A DNA stretch of 32,000 nt, taken from Paramixta manurensis (lineage in GTDB: Bacteria > Pseudomonadota > Gammaproteobacteria > Enterobacterales > Enterobacteriaceae). Position numbers and translations under genes: made by a program. Below are positions 1 to 6,187 of this stretch, in pieces. Positions within the stretch are counted from its first letter, which is position 1. The number at the start of each line of letters is the position of its first letter. The stretch covers positions 14,681 to 46,680 of the forward strand of contig NZ_CP054213.1 of assembly GCF_013285385.1 (NCBI RefSeq), given 5' to 3'. Below the pieces are notes generated by a model. It had not been told where the DNA came from. It did no database searches and worked only from the letters and a program-made list of their open reading frames with translations.

Positions 1-1
1 C

Positions 2-154
2 ATCACTCCCGTTATGTATTCACTGGTCGCGGTGCCAGCCTATTTTATTTCACGTACGCTGGTCACGCCTTACGTTAACCATCAGAAGTTAAAAGCATTC
101 ATTTTCATCCTGATTCTTATTTACGGCGCACTGCTAATTAAACAGTCAATGTGA
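2..154 (+). CDS. 3' end of an integral-membrane protein gene (possibly a TSUP/TauE-SafE-type permease); the 5' part lies outside the window
   Basis: The frame is open from the window edge (codons from nt 2) to TGA 152-154. It translates to ITPVMYSLVAVPAYFISRTLVTPYVNHQKLKAFIFILILIYGALLIKQSM: two hydrophobic segments separated by a basic loop, the pattern at the C-terminus of TSUP-type permeases. Only 50 codons are visible, so the family call is tentative. Confidence 0.3.
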   Translation: MTPVMYSLVAVPAYFISRTLVTPYVNHQKLKAFIFILILIYGALLIKQSM

Positions 155-161
155 GGCAAAT

Positions 162-422
162 ATGGAAAATATCCTTTCAAAATATATAGATACTGAGATA
201 GGGGTTTCTTTCAGCAACGGTAAAGTGGATGTCGCGACTCTTAAATCCTTCAGCTCCGGATTTATCGTCATTCAGTCAAAGGAAACCGTTCAGCATATCC
301 CCTTCCATTCGGTGATCCGCTTTATTGAAGCAGGCGACGAAGCTTACTTTCTGCTGCGGAAGCGTTCCCATCCGCTGACGATTGTTGTCACGCCTGTGAT
401 AAGTGTCATCACTACCTATTGA
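162..422 (+). CDS. Small hypothetical protein (86 aa), possibly a small beta-barrel (Sm/SH3-like); candidate partner of the downstream kinase
   Basis: ATG 162 has GAGG 5 nt upstream and lies 8 nt after the stop of the upstream membrane-protein gene. Its 3' end overlaps the next ORF. The segment IGVSFSNGKVDVATLKSFSSGFIVIQSKETVQHIPFHSVIRFIE alternates hydrophobic and polar residues like short beta-barrel domains. No confident family. Confidence 0.5.
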   Translation: MENILSKYIDTEIGVSFSNGKVDVATLKSFSSGFIVIQSKETVQHIPFHSVIRFIEAGDEAYFLLRKRSHPLTIVVTPVISVITTY

Positions 423-444
423 CGTCAGAAAAGGGCAGCCGGAT

Positions 445-1158
445 ATGACCAGAATAACCACCACAGAAAACCTCCATTACCTGACAACCAGCCCGTGGAA
501 CATACCATCTGTCCGACACGTCAGGGACCGCGATCCCCTGCTCATCACGGTGTCCGGCAATTATAATCTGGGCAAGTCAGCATTTATGCGGCGCTTGGGA
601 GCCCGCCTCTTTCTGCAGGACAACTACACGATACTTATCGATGAGAGTTCTTTCCGGCATCTTCACCATCCGTATGGGCTAAGAGAGGCAGAGGCCAACT
701 TTTTTTCATTTATTATTCACATGATGGCCCAGAGGGATATCCTGATAAAGTCATGGCTGAACTGCGGCTTTAACGTCATCATTGAGCGATCATTTACTGA
801 GGATATGATGCTCAGCAAACTGCTGAACGGAGAATCTTTACTCAGCGATAGCGAAACGGCCCTGCATACAAGTCTGCATGATTCTTACGTTTCAACCAAT
901 CGTAAATCCGATTGCGTCTTCTACTTTAATTATCCTGCGGAACGTTCAAAAACAAACCACGAAGTTGCGGTCAGCTCCGGCCAGATACCGACGTTTTTCT
1001 GCGGTGGAATAAACCGGGAAGAGTGGTTCTCAGCCCGCCATCGTCTGTATCAGGATTTTCATCAAAATTTACTCTCAGAGGGCGTGACGGTCATAGAGCA
1101 TAACTATGATTGCTACGAAGACGCTCTGCTGTCCAATTTTATGCACCGGTTTTTCTGA
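445..1158 (+). CDS. P-loop kinase-fold protein, zeta-toxin / deoxynucleoside-kinase-like
   Basis: Walker A is GNYNLGKS. The block ILIDESSFRHLHHPY parallels the zeta/PezT block VIDNDTFKQQHPNF. VIIERS parallels zeta LVIEGT and the dNK ERS motif. The start is ambiguous: ATG 445 (MTRITTTEN) is preferred, and the ORF track also offers GTG 403, which overlaps the upstream ORF by 20 nt. Confidence 0.6.
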   Translation: MTRITTTENLHYLTTSPWNIPSVRHVRDRDPLLITVSGNYNLGKSAFMRRLGARLFLQDNYTILIDESSFRHLHHPYGLREAEANFFSFIIHMMAQRDILIKSWLNCGFNVIIERSFTEDMMLSKLLNGESLLSDSETALHTSLHDSYVSTNRKSDCVFYFNYPAERSKTNHEVAVSSGQIPTFFCGGINREEWFSARHRLYQDFHQNLLSEGVTVIEHNYDCYEDALLSNFMHRFF

Positions 1159-1165
1159 CAAACAG

Positions 1166-1199
1166 TTCTCAGCCCTATATCTGACTTCGGGGCTGAGAA
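1166..1199 (+). terminator. Hairpin just downstream of the kinase gene (terminator-like, no U-tract)
   Basis: A perfect 10-bp stem pairs TTCTCAGCCC (1166-1175) with GGGCTGAGAA (1190-1199) around a 14-nt loop, 8 nt after the stop codon. There is no T-run, so intrinsic termination is uncertain. Confidence 0.35.
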
Positions 1200-1555
1200 T
1201 GTCACCCTAAAGTAAAGTTATGCGAATTCACTCCGTTCACCTTAGTCGCAAAGTCATTTGAATTTAATCCAGCCTAAATTAAAAAGGGAATTTTAAGTTT
1301 GTAGTTCCCTATAAATCTTAAAACCGCATGTCATATGACCCAGTTCAAAAATCACTGGTCGGCAGATCCGCTTCTCGGGGTTTCCGGATCTAAACTTTGA
1401 AACGATAAAAACTGAAAATAATGATTGTAAAATTGCCTGCTGAAAACAATAATTATGGAAGGTAGCAAAATAGCTAACACGAGACAAAATAGCACTTTCA
1501 ATCTGAATGAGGTAGCAGGTAACTGTTTCACTTTCAGGCAGGCAAAGGACCCACT

Positions 1556-2476
1556 ATGGCACAAATCAGTTTTCGCTGCCCCGATGAACAACGCAACGCC
1601 GCCGATCTGACCGCAAGAAAAGCTGGCTACAGTAGTCTGCAGGATTATCTGGGCACCATTGTTACTTACATGGCTCAGGAGGGCACCCTCCCTGTGGTTA
1701 TCAGTTTCAAGCCAATAGCGCTGACGCCAGACGACGCTTTCCAACAGGCCATCATTCGCTTCCGTGAAGTCTATCTGAAACTGGATAACCTGCTGACCAA
1801 CGGCCTGACCATCGGCGAAATGACCCCTCTAAAGGAGTTGCGGGGACCGATTGACGATATCCAGGCAGCAATGAACTTCCAGGAACAACATCATCATTTG
1901 ATCGAGATGGCCCCCGGGCAACTGGAAGAACTCCCCGGCGGGCATCAGTTTTCGCGCTGTCGCGAGCACTTTCAGCTACTTGCAGGCCACCTCAGAACGG
2001 CCATCCGGATGGTAAACATGAATAAACGCCCGGTCAGCTCCAGGGACAGGGAAGAAATGCGGGAAGCCCTTGACGACGCAGCCCGTCAGATAAATGAATT
2101 ACAGTCGATGACCAGCGGAGATGTCAGCCAGGAAAGTGGAAGGGCCTTATTCCTTCTTGATGCGTGTGACGTATACCGGTTTGCCCGTTTAGCCACCAAT
2201 CTCGGTGAAGAATGGGGCATACGCCGCGCCTGGCTTAATCGTATGGGAATTGCACGCCGCCAGGCGGAGGAGCAATTCAGCCGCCTGGGGGTACAGTCCG
2301 ATGTGGGGCAGATGGCAGCATTGACTACCTTGATGGCACAGGTCTGCGACCGGGTGACGCAAGCCCTTGAAAAGGAAAACAGTAGCCTGTCGGCTGTGAG
2401 TGAAACGCTGATGGAAGAGCTTAATACTTCACTGATGTCACTGGGCAGCGAAATTGCACCCGTGCAGAAAATCTGA
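1556..2476 (+). CDS. RelB/DinJ-like ribbon-helix-helix N-terminal domain fused to a helical domain of about 250 aa (306 aa)
   Basis: ATG 1556 has AAGGA 6-7 nt upstream. The N-terminus MAQISFRCPDEQRNAADLTARKAGYSSLQDYLGTIVTYMAQEGTLPVVISF follows the DinJ pattern (MAANAFVRARIDEDLKNQAADVLAGMGLTISDLVRITLTKVAREKALPF). The rest is rich in E/R/L/A/Q and looks helical. No homologue recognised. Confidence 0.6.
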   Translation: MAQISFRCPDEQRNAADLTARKAGYSSLQDYLGTIVTYMAQEGTLPVVISFKPIALTPDDAFQQAIIRFREVYLKLDNLLTNGLTIGEMTPLKELRGPIDDIQAAMNFQEQHHHLIEMAPGQLEELPGGHQFSRCREHFQLLAGHLRTAIRMVNMNKRPVSSRDREEMREALDDAARQINELQSMTSGDVSQESGRALFLLDACDVYRFARLATNLGEEWGIRRAWLNRMGIARRQAEEQFSRLGVQSDVGQMAALTTLMAQVCDRVTQALEKENSSLSAVSETLMEELNTSLMSLGSEIAPVQKI

Positions 2477-2481
2477 TCTTT

Positions 2482-2739
2482 CTTTGGAAAGAACTTAAAA
2501 AGCAAAAACCCCGACTTAAGCCGGGCACCGGTAACCTCGAAAAGGCGGCGGCGTTCTTCGGCAAAGTCTGCGGTAATAATCGAGGTATGCTCAGCGTGAA
2601 AAAAAAGGACAACGGAGTATTCATGCGCTGCGATGACAGCATTTCCCTGAGTTCCTGGATAAAAGGGGTCTACCGGCTGAAACTACAGACGATATCAGAT
2701 GACCCGTTTCTCAGGGCGGGAAATATAAACATTAAGTAA
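2482..2739 (+). pseudogene. Possible decayed 3' end of an IS3-family orfA (recombination scar)
   Basis: Frame 1 reads WKELKKQKPRLKPGTGNLEKAAAFFGK. This resembles the leucine-zipper end of IS3-family OrfA (..ENxxLKxExxILKKAAAFFAKE). An A8G run (GTGAAAAAAAAGG, about 2595-2607) follows, like the A6G/A7G frameshift site. There is no start codon before 2587 and no recognisable OrfB. Confidence 0.25.
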
Positions 2740-2943
2740 GAAAAGGGGATTGTGGGCCAATGGTGATCCAAATTCAGGCCCGGAAGCGGAACGCGAACGT
2801 ATCCTGGAAAGAACTAATGACGGACGAGCGGCTGCAATGGCTTCAGCTCTGGCTCTGATAAAAGGAGGAACGTCATTCAGATAAGTTTCAAAAAACAGCA
2901 ATATCTCGCGCCACCTATTTCCGTCTTAACAGGCCTATCAGAA

Positions 2944-3126
2944 ATGTATAAACCATCAAGAGAACAGTTTAAAGCCGAAATGAAGCGCAAGGGCTGGTCA
3001 CGGAATGCACTGGCAGAACGCTGGGGTAAGTCAGAAACGTGGATTAGCAAAATCGTCAATGACGATGCCAGGGCACAGCAGTGGAACGATGCGCTGTCCG
3101 GGCTGCCAGATAAAAATGAACTATAA
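2944..3126 (+). CDS. Small Ner/Nlp-like helix-turn-helix DNA-binding protein (60 aa)
   Basis: FKAEMKRKGWSRNALAERWGKSETWISKIVND matches the Ner/Nlp-type pattern (..L+K+G.S...LA...G.S...LS.AL). The Shine-Dalgarno is weak. It sits directly upstream of the AT-rich small-ORF cluster. Confidence 0.5.
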   Translation: MYKPSREQFKAEMKRKGWSRNALAERWGKSETWISKIVNDDARAQQWNDALSGLPDKNEL

Positions 3127-3202
3127 GACACTTTCTATTGCTTTTATGTGAATTATAGTTCATAATTAATTTTATTTATACGGACTCAAACGGAGTTAAA
3201 TA

Positions 3203-3457
3203 ATGAATGTTAAAGACGAAATTCAGGCAATGTATGATTTCTTTGTCGCTTACGCAGGTGATATTGACGGGTCAATGGCCAACATGAATCGTCAACAATT
3301 GCTTGAACATCTCGGAAGTTACATCAGTGGAGATGTCAATCTGGCTGACAGCTATGAAGCAGATGACATATTTATTGGGGTTACTGCTGCGGCCACAGGT
3401 ATCCCTGAACATGATTTTCTGAGGTACGCGTTAAAATTCTTTGGGCATGAGAAATAA
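3203..3457 (+). CDS. Small acidic hypothetical protein (84 aa)
   Basis: ATG 3203 has GGAG 7 nt upstream. The protein is strongly acidic (many D/E, few K/R). It lies in a visibly AT-rich segment and its 3' end overlaps the next ORF. Confidence 0.5.
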   Translation: MNVKDEIQAMYDFFVAYAGDIDGSMANMNRQQLLEHLGSYISGDVNLADSYEADDIFIGVTAAATGIPEHDFLRYALKFFGHEK

Positions 3458-3755
3458 ATTTTCAAGACTATGGTCTCTTAATCCCTTAAAAGTCATTGAT
3501 ATGGGAATTAACAAGAATGAATTTTGCTATCTACATCACAATGAAATCAGGGCATTGGATATTCCGGATATTGTAAAAGGTTTGCTGCTTTCACCGTTCC
3601 ACATTAACAAGCGTAATGGCCACATTCAGGTGCCAACTGAGGTGTTCAGGGAGATGATTGATCTGATAACAATGTATGTTCAGGATCATGATCAAGAGGT
3701 AACGCTTAAACAAGGGACTGGCAATGAACAGACGATACCTTTAAATTTAATATAA
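3447..3755 (+). CDS. Hypothetical protein (102 aa), apparently translationally coupled to the acidic ORF
   Basis: ATG 3447 lies 11 nt inside the upstream ORF (the ORF track starts at TTG 3441). No motif recognised. Confidence 0.45.
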   Translation: MRNKFSRLWSLNPLKVIDMGINKNEFCYLHHNEIRALDIPDIVKGLLLSPFHINKRNGHIQVPTEVFREMIDLITMYVQDHDQEVTLKQGTGNEQTIPLNLI

Positions 3756-3920
3756 ACAATGAATTATCTTCTTAGCGTAGTTTTTCATCATTGGACCCTA
3801 AACCCCGATAGTTCATCGGAAACCGCAACAGAAACCCGGCAAGCGCTTGAATACGAGTTGAAAAAACATTAACAACGATGAGATAATATTATTTATTAAA
3901 TTCGTAAGCACATAGATAAC

Positions 3921-4076
3921 ATGGGAATTACACTAATCAGCATTTCAAGTGGATTAATATTTGTCGTTTACTATTTCTTTATCGAGAGAGTCGCGCCAGC
4001 ACTACGTGTGCTCGTCTTTATGTTCCTTATAGCTATCTTTAAATATTCCTTAGAATCAGGGATTCTTGTGAAATAG
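3921..4076 (+). CDS. Possible 51-aa hydrophobic two-segment membrane peptide
   Basis: The ATG 3921 to TAG 4074-4076 frame is not in the ORF track because it is under 60 aa. It translates to MGITLISISSGLIFVVYYFFIERVAPALRVLVFMFLIAIFKYSLESGILVK, two hydrophobic stretches. There is no obvious SD, so this is speculative. Confidence 0.25.
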   Translation: MGITLISISSGLIFVVYYFFIERVAPALRVLVFMFLIAIFKYSLESGILVK

Positions 4077-4157
4077 GTGCGTGCGCGGATTCTCAAAGAA
4101 GCTGAGGATCTGCAAAACAGGTATCAGGCCAGGGGCTCCTGACTGGCATCAGATTTA

Positions 4158-4370
4158 ATGAGTGAGTCTGTAATGATTAAAATCCAAATTGATTTAAGTG
4201 AATGCTCCGACGAGGAAATGTTGAGCTTTAACAACTCACCATTATATAAAATGCTTTTCTCTGGTAGACCATTTATAGAATTTAAAAATGATGGCAACAT
4301 CCATCTTGAAGTGAGAACTATCCCCCCTGAAATAGATGGAAAAACTGGGAAGCATATATTTAAAAATTAA
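4158..4370 (+). CDS. Hypothetical protein (70 aa)
   Basis: An ORF in the AT-rich islet, followed by a 7-bp hairpin (GGTTGAG/CTCAACC, 4389-4407). The SD is weak. No motif recognised. Confidence 0.35.
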   Translation: MSESVMIKIQIDLSECSDEEMLSFNNSPLYKMLFSGRPFIEFKNDGNIHLEVRTIPPEIDGKTGKHIFKN

Positions 4371-4496
4371 GCAATGAGTCGGGTAAAAGGTTGAGTCCAT
4401 CTCAACCCCATTCCAAGGTAGATCATTATTAGACCGTTGGTGGTGGCGGTAAGTGGATCACTTTTTCCCGTTGTTGACAGCGACATTTACGTAACA

Positions 4497-4520
4497 GAAA
4501 TACCCGGCCTCCATGCCGGG
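4497..4520 (-). terminator. Intrinsic terminator downstream of the secreted-protein gene
   Basis: The stem pairs CCCGGC (4503-4508) with GCCGGG (4515-4520) around a 6-nt loop. On the minus strand it is followed by TATTTCTGTT. It starts 5 nt after the TAG stop at 4525-4527 and lies between convergent transcription units. Confidence 0.5.
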
Positions 4521-4524
4521 CAGG

Positions 4525-4974
4525 CTAGTTGTTAATTTGCATTATTTTGATGTCGAATTTGCTGCAGTCATTAACAGTGCATATTCCGCTAAACCACAGT
4601 TCGCCATGAGGACCGACCATAATGCCAGTGTCCTTGAAAAATAAATCTGAGTACTTCTGATTCAGTATGATTTTTACCAGACTTTCGGTGAAAATTTTAT
4701 CGTAATTCTTAATGAAAATCCGGCTGTCAGTAATATCAATTTCTTTGCGTCCGACTGTAACGGTGAGTGGGTAATCGACCATTGAAGCAACCGTTTCTTT
4801 ATCTCTTTCTTCCACTGACTTCTGTAGTTTATTCAGAAAATCATGATATCGCTGATGTGAGTTAGCCCCCATAAGGGCATCCAGACGGGCATCGGTTTCC
4901 TGATGATTGGTGGCAAACACAGGGCCGGTTGCAAACAGGGTTAAAAGAAAAACCAGTGGTAAATTTTTGAGCAT
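4525..4974 (-). CDS. Secreted/periplasmic hypothetical protein (149 aa); candidate immunity or inhibitor partner of the upstream ORF
   Basis: The start is taken at ATG 4974 (the ORF track's 5082 start lies inside the upstream gene). AGGA sits 5 nt upstream. The Sec signal is MLKNLPLVFLLTLFATGPVFA|TNHQ. The start lies 1 nt after the upstream TAG (4976-4978). A C-terminal CTVNDC loop is present. Confidence 0.65.
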   Translation of the reverse strand: MLKNLPLVFLLTLFATGPVFATNHQETDARLDALMGANSHQRYHDFLNKLQKSVEERDKETVASMVDYPLTVTVGRKEIDITDSRIFIKNYDKIFTESLVKIILNQKYSDLFFKDTGIMVGPHGELWFSGICTVNDCSKFDIKIMQINN

Positions 4975-4975
4975 T

Positions 4976-5998
4976 CTATTCCTGCCTGAATGGAGCGGCT
5001 TCATCAAGCCTTCTTTTGTACAAAGGAGGTAATATCCGGGGTTTACCCGTTTTTCTGCCTTTTGCATCATGCTTAAAAACATAAATGTACTGCAGCATTT
5101 TGTTATATACAGCGTTCATATCGCCACGATCGGCGGCCTCCATAACTGCAGAAGGATTGGATACGTTGTAACTGAAGGAGACCAGTCCATCAAACCATTG
5201 CGCGTCAGCGCAAAGCCGGTCAGCAAGCCCGGTCGCCTGTGGCGGGCCGGTACCGGCGGGTTGTCTGAGCAGAATGATTTTTTTCGTCTGATGGCGGTGC
5301 CGGTCAGTGCAGGGGACATACACAGCCCCCGGAGTCAGCCGGGCTGACGCGAAGGGTTTGTCCGCCTTGTCGGGCCCCTCATCCCCGGCGTGAGAGGCAT
5401 TTATCATCTGAGGACACGCCCCGGTGCGGCTTTTGATAAAGAGGGCCGGCAAATCAACGCGCCGGCTGTGCGGCTGAACGGAAACATGGCGGGGGTGGAG
5501 AAACGGTTTAACCGCTGTGGCTGGCGTGCGCCCGTCCGTGGGGCTTTCCTGACGCATCTGTACACGCTGACTGCCGTTCAGGAGACGGCTGACGGCGGCA
5601 CATGAGAGGCCTTCCTGAGCGGTTATTTCCGGTCCGCTCCGGTTTACTGCCTTCGACGGGACCGGAGGGGCCACGGCCATTGTATGTCCGCCTGCCCGGT
5701 CGGCTTCCCGGGCCCTTTCCGTTACGGGACGGGGCGCTGAAACGGCTCTGGCCGTACTGACCGGCGCCTGCAGTCCCTTTCGCTGAAAACGGTAGCCGCA
5801 GCTGCGCGCCCGGGCGGCCCGTGTCAGCGCGTTCTGTACGTACAGCCAGAATTCCCGGCCGGTTATTTCAGGAACCGGATAGCCGGCCTTCTGCATGATT
5901 TTTTTGGCAATGCCCTCGCTTTTACTGCTGATAAGCGAAAACGCCCTGTTAATATCACCCTGCAGGGTCAGCATATTCAGTTCGTGAAATTCATTCAT
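4976..5998 (-). CDS. Hypothetical protein (340 aa) with a GH24 (phage-type) lysozyme-like C-terminal segment and an R/P/A-rich central region
   Basis: ATG 5998 has GGAGAA 6 nt upstream. No signal peptide. The C-terminus AQWFDGLVSFSYNVSNPSAV..DRGD....LPPLYKRRLDEAAPF follows the GH24 C-lobe pattern (QYDALVSFAFN.G......L..GD......LP.L..RR..E..LF). No catalytic E-x8-D-x5-T triad was found in the expected N-lobe position. Confidence 0.6.
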   Translation of the reverse strand: MNEFHELNMLTLQGDINRAFSLISSKSEGIAKKIMQKAGYPVPEITGREFWLYVQNALTRAARARSCGYRFQRKGLQAPVSTARAVSAPRPVTERAREADRAGGHTMAVAPPVPSKAVNRSGPEITAQEGLSCAAVSRLLNGSQRVQMRQESPTDGRTPATAVKPFLHPRHVSVQPHSRRVDLPALFIKSRTGACPQMINASHAGDEGPDKADKPFASARLTPGAVYVPCTDRHRHQTKKIILLRQPAGTGPPQATGLADRLCADAQWFDGLVSFSYNVSNPSAVMEAADRGDMNAVYNKMLQYIYVFKHDAKGRKTGKPRILPPLYKRRLDEAAPFRQE

Positions 5999-6122
5999 CC
6001 GTTTTCTCCGTTTTATAACGGTTATTATTATCGGAAATATAACGGGATACTTTAGTGGAAAGTTCTTAATTTTACTGGATTTTATAGTATTAAACGGCCT
6101 CTGATTTTATTAATTTCATGCG

Positions 6123-6152
6123 GCCTTTACTATTGCCGGTAATAGTAAAGGC
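6123..6152 (-). terminator. Strong hairpin downstream of the DUF1173-like gene
   Basis: A perfect 12-bp stem pairs GCCTTTACTATT (6123-6134) with AATAGTAAAGGC (6141-6152) around a 6-nt loop, 36 nt after the stop codon. There is no clean U-tract. Confidence 0.4.
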
Positions 6153-6187
6153 ATGAACAGAAGTCAGTCCGGATACAGAAAATTACC

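Noticed and set aside
1288-1330. CRISPR-repeat-like word GTTTGTAGTTCCCTATAAATCTTAAAAC with an internal AGGGAA/TTCCCT palindrome
   Set aside because: It occurs only once in the window, with no spacer-repeat periodicity and no cas genes. It is a single hairpin in an intergenic region.
1293-1744. Minus-strand ORFs of 64 aa and 130 aa in and around the leader of the RHH-fusion gene
   Set aside because: The 130-aa ORF overlaps the start of the better-supported plus-strand gene. It has no RBS, and the AT-rich leader gives spurious frames.
2665-2702. GGGGTCTACCGGCTGAAAC..., superficially like the GGGGTCTGACGCTCAG start of a Tn3-family inverted repeat
   Set aside because: Only the first 7 nt match and the remainder diverges completely. 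There is no partner repeat and no transposase.
2695-3131. Minus-strand ORFs of 68 aa and 84 aa
   Set aside because: One is antisense to the Ner-like HTH gene and the other lies in the putative IS-scar region. Neither has an RBS or motifs. A plus-strand frame in 2750-2890 (..GDPNSGPEAERERILERTNDGRAAAMASALALIKGG..) is equally open but lacks a start, so none is called.
5069-5605. Plus-strand ORFs (92 aa, 71 aa) and a nested minus-strand 67-aa ORF within the 340-aa gene
   Set aside because: They sit in the GC-rich central part of the 4976-5998 ORF and have no RBS. The long uninterrupted minus-strand frame with an SD and a coupled downstream gene is the better model.
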